IMG/VR virus record: IMGVR_UViG_3300044972_000184 | Location: 1-57,308 of that record | Reading direction: 5' to 3' (one strand) | DNA: 57,308 nucleotides | From: a virus | Taxonomy: Duplodnaviria; Caudoviricetes | Shown: positions 38,177 to 46,388 of the stretch, piece after piece | Position numbering within the stretch: position 1 is the first letter of the stretch | Layout: every line of letters begins with the position of its first letter | Program-made: the position numbers and the translations under genes | Notes under the pieces: generated by a model | Databases searched by the model: none | What the model saw: only the letters and a program-made list of their open reading frames with translations | Told to the model about the DNA's origin: nothing

Positions 38177-39106
38177 TCAGGCGAGGGTGACGATGCCCTG
38201 AGCCAGAGCTTCCGGCTTCACGACCTGATAGCCGTACACCTGAAGACCACGGATGATGTCACCGAACGTGGTGGTCGACCGCAGGGTCTCCATGTTCGTC
38301 ATCTGCGAGGCGAAGGTGAAGCCCATCTTGTGGCCAGCGATGATGCTGTACTTGCCACCGGCCTGAACCTGAAGGTTGTGGCTCATGTAGATGGTGAAGC
38401 GGTCGATCATGCCCAGACGACCGTTACGCAGGATCGACTGCGTGTCGCCGGCCAGCGAGGCATCCTTCAGTTCCGACTTCTTGATGAGACCAGCCATCTT
38501 GGCCGGGATCACGAGGAAGCGGTCCGACTCCGGGCAGTTCGCTTCGTCAAGCACAGTGCCCATGTCGACGATCAGGTCGGTCACGTTCACGGTTGACGAG
38601 GCACCATCCTTCGACACCGGCACCGGCGAAGCGGTGGTGCCGAGGTTGAAGTTGCCCGAGATGCGACCGGCAGCAGCGCCCTTGTTCAGAGCCGAGATGC
38701 CCGGCAGGATGTCGGTCAAGACGCGCTGGTCGATCTTGATCTTCATCTTCTCCGAGGCGTCCTTCGACCACAGGTCCATCATGTTGATGTCGGCCTGCAC
38801 CTTGTCCACATCGTCTTCGACGCAAGCGAAGTACTCGCCCTTGTCGATCAGAAGCTGGAGCTTCGGCTTGTCGGGGTTCTCGACGGTCAGGGTCTGACCC
38901 TTCACGTACTCACGCAGCGTGATTTCCGGCGAGGTGCGGATGTTGACGGTGTCGCCGTACTGGCGGATTTCACCCTCGTAGTCGGTGTTCGAGATCGCCG
39001 CCAGCACAGTGGCGTCGTAGAAGTTCTCGATCAGCTTGCCCGACCAGATTTCCGGGATGAAGTTGCCCGAATAGTTCGGACGACCGGGAGCGTTGGGATA
39101 CGACAT
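38177..39106 (-). CDS. Major capsid protein
   Basis: FIPEIWS, YEGEI...GDTV.I, E..R...FGD..RGL.VYG..V..PEAL; after scaffold. Confidence 0.92.
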   Translation of the reverse strand: MSYPNAPGRPNYSGNFIPEIWSGKLIENFYDATVLAAISNTDYEGEIRQYGDTVNIRTSPEITLREYVKGQTLTVENPDKPKLQLLIDKGEYFACVEDDVDKVQADINMMDLWSKDASEKMKIKIDQRVLTDILPGISALNKGAAAGRISGNFNLGTTASPVPVSKDGASSTVNVTDLIVDMGTVLDEANCPESDRFLVIPAKMAGLIKKSELKDASLAGDTQSILRNGRLGMIDRFTIYMSHNLQVQAGGKYSIIAGHKMGFTFASQMTNMETLRSTTTFGDIIRGLQVYGYQVVKPEALAQGIVTLA

Positions 39107-39121
39107 GTTCTGAGTCCTTTA

Positions 39122-40171
39122 TCAAGTGTTCACAGCAATGCGACCTTCCCGTTGAGCCGAGAAGATATCGCGTTCAATGCGCGCACGCTCCGTCTCGCGT
39201 CCCTTGTACTTACCCGTCCGAACGTCATCATAGAACTTCTTGATGTCCGTCGGTGAGTAGTTCTTAGACTGATTCCCCTGAGGGGCCGACACACTGCGTG
39301 AACGACCCGGAGTAACCTGCCTTTCAAGTTCCGACTGCGCCGGTGGCGTAGGCGTGTTCTGAGCAACAGCGGCTTGTCCAGAAGACTCAAGCCAAGTTCG
39401 GAAAAACGCGCTGACGCGGTATGCGTCGAGCGATTGCTGGGCGGCTTCGAGGAACGCCTGACGTGTGTTGCCGGTCATCGGATCGAGTTCCAGAAGCCAG
39501 TTCTGGAATCCGTCGTTGTTGTTGACCTCCTGCCAGTTCGGGACATACGTGCCCAAGTCAGACCAGAACTGCTGTTCCGCCGACACCTGCTGGCGCTGGG
39601 AGACCGCAGTGACCTGCGGCACGACCGTAGCCTGCATTTGTTGGAGGGCGTTCTCAAGCTGCCCAATGCGGGCCATCACCGGGCCGAGCACATCTTGGCT
39701 CACCCGACGCATGACGTCGATTGAATCCCCGTACTCCTCGACATCCTTGTCCGTCACGAGACGCTGGCTCTGGGCCTGCGGCTGTGGTGCGGAGTCGGCT
39801 GCCTGCTGAGGGACAGGAGACTGCTTTGAGATCGTGGCCAGCAATTCTTCCAACTGCGACACGCGGTTTTCCAGAACAGACTTCTGGCGAACAGTAGCGT
39901 TGTACGTTCCTTGGAGAGACCGCCACCTCTGAGCGAAAGTCTCAGAGTTCTCGTTATCCGAGTTTGACGCACCGGTGGTTTGCTCGAACACCGGCGGTTG
40001 AGTAGCACCTTCATCACCAAACGAGTCGGTCTGCTGCGGCTCTGCGGTATCGTTGGCAGGCGGAGTCGCTTCGGTCGGGACGGTTCCCGCCGGCTGCTGG
40101 CCCGCGTTCGACTGGTCGTAGAACGCCTTAACCTCTGCTGTTTGTTTACGGATTTGCTCTGGAAGTGCCAT
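39122..40171 (-). CDS. Capsid scaffolding protein
   Basis: Disordered acidic N-terminus, coiled coil, P.W..VN...F..WL, A.REGRI C-terminus. Confidence 0.8.
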   Translation of the reverse strand: MALPEQIRKQTAEVKAFYDQSNAGQQPAGTVPTEATPPANDTAEPQQTDSFGDEGATQPPVFEQTTGASNSDNENSETFAQRWRSLQGTYNATVRQKSVLENRVSQLEELLATISKQSPVPQQAADSAPQPQAQSQRLVTDKDVEEYGDSIDVMRRVSQDVLGPVMARIGQLENALQQMQATVVPQVTAVSQRQQVSAEQQFWSDLGTYVPNWQEVNNNDGFQNWLLELDPMTGNTRQAFLEAAQQSLDAYRVSAFFRTWLESSGQAAVAQNTPTPPAQSELERQVTPGRSRSVSAPQGNQSKNYSPTDIKKFYDDVRTGKYKGRETERARIERDIFSAQREGRIAVNT

Positions 40172-40204
40172 TGATTTGCTCCGATCTGTGAGCTTGATTG
40201 TCGG

Positions 40205-40420
40205 CTAGGACTTAGCCGCTAAGTTCGGGGCGTCTCGGAGAAACTCATAGAGTTCCTCCAACACTTGGCACCTGCCCTGATAGATGCCAGTGTGTTCAAC
40301 CGCACGCGGTAGCCGCTCCAGTTCAGCCATACGCCAGTCCGCCAGCCAAGCCATCAGGTCTTGGTACTGACGGCTGACATCAGCCGCTTGACGCACTACC
40401 AGCGGGTCGGGTCGCTTCAC
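40205..40420 (-). CDS. Small conserved protein after portal
   Basis: GTGA-coupled; helical, QGR..L motif. Confidence 0.65.
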   Translation of the reverse strand: MKRPDPLVVRQAADVSRQYQDLMAWLADWRMAELERLPRAVEHTGIYQGRCQVLEELYEFLRDAPNLAAKS

Positions 40421-42474
40421 GCTGCCCTCCCGCTTTGGCGGTTACTGACCGTGTTCCCTTCCATCCCACCCTTGGGAGAACCTGCGCTATCCAGAGCCTG
40501 CGGGGCCTGCGGTTGCTGGGCCTGTTGGGCAGCCTGAAGGACTGCCTGCTGGTTCTGAAGGAACGCTTCCTTCTCCCGAGATGGGACGACTTCGTCCACG
40601 GGCATTTGCAACCCTTTAGCCACTTCGCGCAGCAGCGCGGCACGGCCATCCTTACCAATAATCTCGATGTCGAAAGGATTGGCGGTTGCGTTGAGGAACT
40701 CGATACGGCGCACGTTGACGGTCTCCTTGACCGCCAGATTGACCGTGCCCTTGGGAACCACGGACACGTCACCCTTGATGGCTTCATCAGGGTCGTAGCG
40801 CATGTTGTAGACAAACTGCCGATGGACAATCGGCTCGATCACATCGCTGTCGATGTGCATCACTACCTGCCGGATGCCCTTACCCGCCGCGCCCATCAGC
40901 ATGGACAGGCCCGACGAGGTGCGCCCCGCCCCCTGCACGTTGAGGTCGCCATAGACGTAGGCTGGGATACCGGAGTGATCGTCGGCCAGTCGGCTGAACT
41001 TCTCGTACACACCCATCAACTCGGTCGCGCGGCTGTCCGGCTGCGTGAACCGGATCGCCGGTGCCGAGGAACCAGCGGGGTCGTTGACCGTCTGCCAGAT
41101 TTTCCACGGGCTGAGTTGGGTGATGTCTTCGTTCGGCGGGATGCGGTCGAGGTTGATCTCAACCTGCGGACCCGACGCGATACCCATGTTGTTGACCAGC
41201 GCACGGGCTGCTGCGTTGCAGACGCCTTGCAGGTCCTCGATGATCTCAGGGATGCCCTTGCCCCAGAAGGCACCGGGGCACTTGATGAAGCTGGTTTTGG
41301 CGTAGGGCTTCTCGCCCAGCGGGTCGTAGTTCAGCACCGCCTTGATGGTGTAGTTGCCCACGATCCAGACGTTGGCGTCGTACTCGCGCGCCGTATCAGG
41401 GACATCCTCCTCGGACATACCCCAGTCGCGCAGCATCTTGCCGCTGACCTTGCCCCAGAACTCCAGTGCGTCGAACTCGGTGGTCGGACGCATGTAGGCG
41501 TAGAACTTGCGCTCCTCCTCGTCCTTCTGGAGTTCCACGTCTTCGGACACCCATGACTGTCCGTTGCCGACTTCCAACACCTTGCGGATCGCGTCGTCGT
41601 CATAGCCCGGCACACCGATCAGGTCAGCCAGTTCCATGCGCGACAGGCGATGATGCTCGAAAAGATATCCCTCGTTGATGTTGCTGATCCCCGGCTCGGG
41701 GTAGAGTCGGAACGGATCAACACGCTCATACTCAGGGGCAATGCGCTCGATGGGTTTGACGGTCGTCTTGCCGTCGGGGCCACGATCCCAGCCCAGCGCC
41801 CGCTGACGCCGCACGATGGGACCTTTGACGATTGCCGCTGGGAACGTCACCAGATCGGTGATGAAGTCGTTGAACGCAGTGAGCCAGCCGCCTTGGGCGA
41901 ACTGGTCCTCGATCCGGGTCTTCATCTTGTCAGCCCGGTTCTGCGCCTGCTGGAGCAGCATGAAGCGATACTCTTGGCTGACCAGTTCCTTGAGTTCCAG
42001 CATCTGCACCGGGTCCGGTGCCTGCCCAGACGCCTCGACGATGCCGAGCACCTTCTGTGCGAACGCACCCTGTATCTCCTGCGACTGTCCCGGAGACATG
42101 TCGGGGATGGGTGTGGCTTCCAAGTCCCACGGCGGACCGCCGGTTTCGAGCAGAATGTCACGCAACCAGCTTTCTGCTGCCCGACACTTCACCTCGGTAA
42201 TCATCATGTAGACTGTCGAGCCGCCTTGCGCCCTGATCTGGGTCAGCTTGTCGGCCTCGTACTCACCGTTGCGCTGGCGCATGGCGCGCAGCATGATGTT
42301 CTCGATGGGCTTCTTGGCCATGCGCGCCGCGTCCCAGCACGCACGAAGATGTGCAGTCAGGCCGAGAATGAGCGGTTGGTTCTGCCGTTCTTGCAGAGCG
42401 CGCTCAGTCGCCTCTCGCTCTTGTCGAACGAGTTCGTCGTTCCCGACGACGCGGAGAAAAGTTAGACCTGCCAT
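40417..42474 (-). CDS. Portal protein
   Basis: 685 aa between terminase and scaffold; KGP, FWG.G, RA.VNN, TSSG.SML motifs. Confidence 0.88.
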   Translation of the reverse strand: MAGLTFLRVVGNDELVRQEREATERALQERQNQPLILGLTAHLRACWDAARMAKKPIENIMLRAMRQRNGEYEADKLTQIRAQGGSTVYMMITEVKCRAAESWLRDILLETGGPPWDLEATPIPDMSPGQSQEIQGAFAQKVLGIVEASGQAPDPVQMLELKELVSQEYRFMLLQQAQNRADKMKTRIEDQFAQGGWLTAFNDFITDLVTFPAAIVKGPIVRRQRALGWDRGPDGKTTVKPIERIAPEYERVDPFRLYPEPGISNINEGYLFEHHRLSRMELADLIGVPGYDDDAIRKVLEVGNGQSWVSEDVELQKDEEERKFYAYMRPTTEFDALEFWGKVSGKMLRDWGMSEEDVPDTAREYDANVWIVGNYTIKAVLNYDPLGEKPYAKTSFIKCPGAFWGKGIPEIIEDLQGVCNAAARALVNNMGIASGPQVEINLDRIPPNEDITQLSPWKIWQTVNDPAGSSAPAIRFTQPDSRATELMGVYEKFSRLADDHSGIPAYVYGDLNVQGAGRTSSGLSMLMGAAGKGIRQVVMHIDSDVIEPIVHRQFVYNMRYDPDEAIKGDVSVVPKGTVNLAVKETVNVRRIEFLNATANPFDIEIIGKDGRAALLREVAKGLQMPVDEVVPSREKEAFLQNQQAVLQAAQQAQQPQAPQALDSAGSPKGGMEGNTVSNRQSGRAA

Positions 42475-42484
42475 GTCGGCTCGT

Positions 42485-42513
42485 AGCTTAACACGTAGAA
42501 AGTTACTCTACAA
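42485..42513 (-). promoter_or_regulatory. Portal/head-operon promoter
   Basis: TTGTAG-N17-TAAGCT with TGn extension; ATG 10 nt downstream, no SD. Confidence 0.6.
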
Positions 42514-42520
42514 CAGACAT

Positions 42521-42596
42521 AAGAAACCCCCCGGTGGGGAGGGCCACCGGGGGGAGGGGAAGGAGCACACCAATGCGACCGAGGAGGAGCGGTCAC
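42521..42596 (-). ncRNA. Putative anti-Shine-Dalgarno sRNA (~76 nt)
   Basis: Hairpin GUGACCG-CUCCUCCU-CGGUCGC, linker AUUGGUGUGCUCCUUCCCCU, 11-bp terminator hairpin with CCCUCC loop and UUUCUU tail; promoter directly upstream. Confidence 0.7.
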
Positions 42597-42601
42597 TAAA
42601 T

Positions 42602-42630
42602 GTAGTATCATGGCACGTTATGGGACACAA
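42602..42630 (-). promoter_or_regulatory. Promoter of the sRNA
   Basis: TTGTGT-N17-TACTAC with TGn extension; predicted start falls at the 5' end of hairpin 1. Confidence 0.5.
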
Positions 42631-42635
42631 GAGTC

Positions 42636-42860
42636 CTATTTCTTGAACGACCCATAGCCGGTGCCGTTCACGCCGTACTTCCGCATGGCCTTAGCCTCTG
42701 CGGCCTCGGCGGCAGCCATCCGATTGCCACTGGCGGCACTCTCGGCGGGGGACGGCATCGACGGACGACGGCGCATGGCCTTGGCCTCAGCCGCCTCAGC
42801 AGCAGCCATACGGTTCCCACTCGCAACACTAGCGCCAATCGGCGGCATCTTACCCGGCAT
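42636..42860 (-). CDS. 74-aa protein with duplicated 18-aa motif
   Basis: AAGGAGA SD; ASGNRMAAAEAAEAKAMR twice. Confidence 0.65.
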   Translation of the reverse strand: MPGKMPPIGASVASGNRMAAAEAAEAKAMRRRPSMPSPAESAASGNRMAAAEAAEAKAMRKYGVNGTGYGSFKK

Positions 42861-42890
42861 GTCAGTCTCCTTGAGAGAAGGTGAAAAGTA

Positions 42891-44273
42891 TCATGTCCAG
42901 CCTGTCGAGACAACGGGCTTGATCTCTCGCCGCTGGCCGACCTGTGCCCCTGCGAATCCGCTGTTCAGGTGCAGCATGAGGTATTGTAGGGCTTCGGCAA
43001 TGTGGCTGTGGCTGTTCTTGTCGATGGTGTCGGGCTGCTTCATCTTGTACCGGTAGCCGCCCATCATGGCTGCTTTCAGTGACGTGCAGCGCGGGTCCAC
43101 CATGAACGCAGGGTCGCCGTCCATCTGCCGCATGAGGTAGTCGTCGACCGCGTTGATGCGCGCAGAGATGTTGTTCGTCCGCGCCGGGATGACCTTGAAC
43201 CCCTCCGCTTTGATGATGTCGACCACGCTGCGCTCGTCAGTCTGGGCACGCTGCACCCCCGCCGGATCGCAGATAATCATCACCTGACAGCCGGGGAACC
43301 GCTCATATAGCAGCGGTTTGACAATCGTACGGAGAAATCTCTGGATGCCCATGTCGAAGCTGACGGCCTCCGCATGGATCAGCGCCCGCCCACGCGGGTC
43401 CTGCTGACCGAACACAGCCGCCGGCGTCAGCCCCAAGTCCATCCCGACCAGCACCGTGCGCCCCGCGTAGACCCGCAGCGCCTCCTTGGCCATGTGGTAG
43501 TCCGTGCGGAAGTACTTGTAGACCGGGGTGCCCGCGCTCGACAGGCCATACTCCCCGTCGATGAACACCCGGATGTACTCCTCCGACCGCCCCTGCGGAT
43601 CGTAGTACCCTTCGGGCAGGTTCTCGATGTTCTCCGCGTGAGGCGACCTACCCGACGGCTGCTTGAACACATGCCACCCGTTGTCGTTGGGCGACACCCC
43701 GTCCTTGGGGTCAGTGTGCTCCATCATGTAGTACCACCAGCTATCCTGCACTGGCGGGTTGGTATCACAGAAGATGCCATGCCACGTCGGCCCGCCGTCC
43801 TTGGCGGACGGGAAGCGACCCACACGCTTGGACAGCGCGTCGATGATGTCTGGGTGGATATCTCTACACTCGTTGACCCATGCGAAGGTCGCTTCGAGGG
43901 AGTTCAAGTTCGCCACGTCGTCGCTGTCGTCCAGCGCGCGGAACATAATCTCGCACTCGATGTCGCCCACCTTGAGGTAGTAGGTCTTCTTCGTCCGCAG
44001 GTAGTAGCCGCACTGACCCGGCGGGAACCAGTCCATGAACGTCTTGATCGTGGTATCTTCCAACTGCCGCGCCGTCTCGCGCACCACGATGCACCGCGTC
44101 CTGCGGATGCCCTGCTCGTTGGGCTTCTGCATACTGGCCCGCCGGATGATCTCGAACGAACAGGTCACGGACTTGCCGGAGCCGACCGGCCCCATGAGCA
44201 CGCGCATCTTGGCGTTGCTCTCCATGAACTTCTTCCCCGTCGGCGGGGGCGTGTAGAGAATCTCAACTGCCAC
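42891..44273 (-). CDS. terL: Terminase large subunit
   Basis: Walker A GPVGSGKS, Walker B WVNE, DTNP, nuclease GMDLG..DPAG..SH.AEALQY. Confidence 0.93.
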   Translation of the reverse strand: MAVEILYTPPPTGKKFMESNAKMRVLMGPVGSGKSVTCSFEIIRRASMQKPNEQGIRRTRCIVVRETARQLEDTTIKTFMDWFPPGQCGYYLRTKKTYYLKVGDIECEIMFRALDDSDDVANLNSLEATFAWVNECRDIHPDIIDALSKRVGRFPSAKDGGPTWHGIFCDTNPPVQDSWWYYMMEHTDPKDGVSPNDNGWHVFKQPSGRSPHAENIENLPEGYYDPQGRSEEYIRVFIDGEYGLSSAGTPVYKYFRTDYHMAKEALRVYAGRTVLVGMDLGLTPAAVFGQQDPRGRALIHAEAVSFDMGIQRFLRTIVKPLLYERFPGCQVMIICDPAGVQRAQTDERSVVDIIKAEGFKVIPARTNNISARINAVDDYLMRQMDGDPAFMVDPRCTSLKAAMMGGYRYKMKQPDTIDKNSHSHIAEALQYLMLHLNSGFAGAQVGQRREIKPVVSTGWT

Positions 44274-44406
44274 GGGGGTAGACCCTCATCTGGTACAGCG
44301 TCCCTTCCTTCAGCCGCTTGATCCGGATCATGTAGGACCTGCCACTCTGAGCGACGGCGTGTGCCGCGTCCTCAATGGTGGCGAGGCTCAGGGACTCAAA
44401 ACTCAT
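44263..44406 (-). CDS. 47-aa hypothetical protein
   Basis: Fills the terS-terL interval and overlaps both. Confidence 0.45.
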   Translation of the reverse strand: MSFESLSLATIEDAAHAVAQSGRSYMIRIKRLKEGTLYQMRVYPRGS

Positions 44407-44914
44407 CGTCGTGGTCGATCTGGTAGAGGTGGGCTTCAGAGTCAGGGATGTTGTCGGTGTCGTAGATTGGGGTGGCGTCGATGACTCGGGCGTCTGCTGG
44501 GTTGTTGCCAAGGTTGATCGTGATTCGGACACCGCCGGCGCTGGCATTGCTGTTGTCCTCGGTGTTCTTGGGTTCCAGTCCGGCCCACTTGACCGTGCTC
44601 TTGATGAGGTCGGCCTTCACGGCGGGGGACACGCCCGGATCGTGGATCAGCATATAGCTGGTCGTCAGCAGTTCCTCAGCCTGCGCCCGCGCCTTGAGGC
44701 GGAAGGTCAGCCCCTTCTCCCTGATCTCGTCGCGGTACTTCTCCACCTGCTTGAGAAACACGGGGTCCTTGTTGAACGCCAGCAGTTGGTTGGCGTCTAT
44801 ACCATGGCGATCCTTGACCTCATCGAGCGTCTCCCCGCTGCCTTCCAGCATGAGGGCCACATCGAACGTAAGTCGGTCCGTCCACTTGGTGAGGTGTAAT
44901 GGGTGCCTGTCCAT
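44396..44914 (-). CDS. terS: Terminase small subunit (putative)
   Basis: Upstream of terL; HTH-like N-terminus, helical core, GVRITINLG strand. Confidence 0.7.
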   Translation of the reverse strand: MDRHPLHLTKWTDRLTFDVALMLEGSGETLDEVKDRHGIDANQLLAFNKDPVFLKQVEKYRDEIREKGLTFRLKARAQAEELLTTSYMLIHDPGVSPAVKADLIKSTVKWAGLEPKNTEDNSNASAGGVRITINLGNNPADARVIDATPIYDTDNIPDSEAHLYQIDHDDEF

Positions 44915-44920
44915 GGGGCG

Positions 44921-44949
44921 AAGATAACACTTGGCTATGGGATGGGGAA
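44921..44949 (-). promoter_or_regulatory. Extended -10 promoter for leaderless terS mRNA
   Basis: TGt-TATCTT with ATG 6 nt downstream; weak -35 TTCCCC at 17 nt. Confidence 0.5.
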
Positions 44950-44960
44950 GGGGGCTGTCC

Positions 44961-45437
44961 CTACTCCCCGTGATCGTCTGTGTACCCCAACTCCCGGTAC
45001 AGCAAATCGCGCACCTTCATAGCCAGTTCGAGTGTGCTATATCTGCCCCCAAACACGGTACCGACGCGAACCCTCCATCCGCCGCTGCTAAAGTCGATGC
45101 CGTTTTGCCCAGACGTATTATTCTTAGCGCGGCTCTTGTTCTTCGCGTTGACCGCTGGGGTTGCGACCCTGAGGTTCTCGATCCTATTGTCGAGCGTATC
45201 GCGGTTGATGTGGTCCAGCATCCCGTCCGGCCACTCTCCATGGACGACAGCCCACACCACCCTATGAGCGGCGTACTTGCGGCCTTCGATCTTCACTTCC
45301 CCGTACGGCTGTCTGTCGTCCTTCTTCTTCCGCAACTGGACATACGCGGGCTTACCCGTCGAGCGCCTGATAAGCACACCAGTGCCGTGGTCGTACGTAA
45401 AGTACGCTTGGAAGTTCACATGTTTTGCGTTCGTCAT
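44961..45437 (-). CDS. HNH endonuclease (HNH_3 type + AP2-like tail)
   Basis: AHRVVW..HGEWP..LDHINR...DNRIENLR; start set at MTNAKH. Confidence 0.88.
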   Translation of the reverse strand: MTNAKHVNFQAYFTYDHGTGVLIRRSTGKPAYVQLRKKKDDRQPYGEVKIEGRKYAAHRVVWAVVHGEWPDGMLDHINRDTLDNRIENLRVATPAVNAKNKSRAKNNTSGQNGIDFSSGGWRVRVGTVFGGRYSTLELAMKVRDLLYRELGYTDDHGE

Positions 45438-45444
45438 AGGGGGG

Positions 45445-45473
45445 TATGTACAGGACTGGCGCGGTTGGGTCAA
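45445..45473 (-). promoter_or_regulatory. Promoter for leaderless HNH mRNA
   Basis: TTGACC-N17-TACATA, ATG 7 nt downstream. Confidence 0.6.
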
Positions 45474-45699
45474 TACCCCCCTTGGTTTTTTGGGGTCTTG
45501 TTCTGAGAGGGATACTATCATACCGGGGGCGTCGGTTTTCTCCAGTCCAACCCCCCCCCATGCCTGACTGTTTAGCCTGCGTTTGCAACGGCTTAGGGCA
45601 AGCGCCGTCACCTAGGGAAACGGGCAAAACTAGACTTCCCCGTCAGGTTATGGTCTAAGGAAAGGGTCAGCGGCGCACGACGCACCGCAGACAGGGAGA

Positions 45700-45745
45700 C
45701 GGGTTCACAAGCCCCGAACCCGCTCTTTGACATCGCTAGGGGCTT
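45700..45745 (+). promoter_or_regulatory. Early leader: pseudoknot containing boxA-like element
   Basis: Stem CGGGTTC/GAACCCG; loop AAGCCCC complementary to GGGGCTT at 45739; CGCTCTTTGACA at 45721. Confidence 0.55.
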
Positions 45746-45764
45746 TATAACGTGGAGCATTACC

Positions 45765-46058
45765 ATGGCTATGAAGCGCAACGAACAGAAGGCCGAGTTC
45801 ACCAAGATGCCCTTGGAGAACATGTCAGCACCGGTCCGCCAGAAGGCGGAAGCGTGGCTGAAGGCTGACGCAGCGGCGAAGGACGCCAAGAAGGCGTTCC
45901 AAGACACTGCATCGGCGGCGGCCCGCAAGGCCAAGGTGATCGGCGCAAGCCAGTATCTTGCCTTCGGTATGGGTTTTGGCGGTATCCCCGCCTACACCAT
46001 CAAGGACGTGGAAGCCCCCAAGGCTGCCACTGCCACGGCAGCCGGCCCGAAGTTCTAA
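45765..46058 (+). CDS. First early gene, Ala/Lys-rich hypothetical protein
   Basis: GGAG SD, phage-like codon usage. Confidence 0.75.
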   Translation: MAMKRNEQKAEFTKMPLENMSAPVRQKAEAWLKADAAAKDAKKAFQDTASAAARKAKVIGASQYLAFGMGFGGIPAYTIKDVEAPKAATATAAGPKF

Positions 46059-46071
46059 GTCAAAGACGGAC

Positions 46072-46095
46072 GGGAGGCAGCGCAAGCTGCCTCCC
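46072..46095 (+). other. Perfect 10-bp hairpin with GCAA tetraloop (no U-tail)
   Basis: GGGAGGCAGC-GCAA-GCTGCCTCCC. Confidence 0.6.
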
Positions 46096-46122
46096 AAGTC
46101 CCCTAACCTACGGACGCACACC

Positions 46123-46281
46123 ATGCCTGATTATGACAAGGGCTACACCGTCGTTTGGTACGAAGGGTGGAGCGAGTACCGCAAGTGGTTCGCCACTGAA
46201 CATCAAGCGCAAGAGTACGTCGACGCCACGGGCATGGACCCGGACGAGTTCGACATCGTAGAGGGAGTTGTACATGCTTAA
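46123..46281 (+). CDS. 52-aa acidic hypothetical protein
   Basis: MPDYDKGYTVVW..FATE..A..Y. Confidence 0.6.
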   Translation: MPDYDKGYTVVWYEGWSEYRKWFATEHQAQEYVDATGMDPDEFDIVEGVVHA

Positions 46282-46351
46282 GCTACTCGAACTGGCAGCG
46301 ATGCCACTGACGATCCTGTTCTTCCTCGGTGTGTGGATCGGCACCAACTGA
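46274..46351 (+). CDS. 25-aa single-TM peptide
   Basis: GAGGGAG SD; MLKLLELAAMPLTILFFLGVWIGTN; followed by a terminator. Confidence 0.45.
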   Translation: MLKLLELAAMPLTILFFLGVWIGTN

Positions 46352-46356
46352 CCCTG

Positions 46357-46387
46357 ACCCCACTGGCTTCGGCTGGTGGGGTTTTTT
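46357..46387 (+). terminator. Intrinsic terminator
   Basis: ACCCCACTGGC-TTCG-GCTGGTGGGGT followed by a T run. Confidence 0.85.
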
Positions 46388-46388
46388 C

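Noticed and set aside
42560-42600. Plus-strand gene start suggested by AAGGAGCACACCAATG
   Set aside because: The frame from ATG 42573 stops at 42597-42599 after 8 codons; the G-U pair, U-tail and promoter all favour a minus-strand RNA
45438-45611. N-terminal extension of the HNH ORF as given in the track
   Set aside because: Low-complexity translation; a promoter sits directly before ATG 45437
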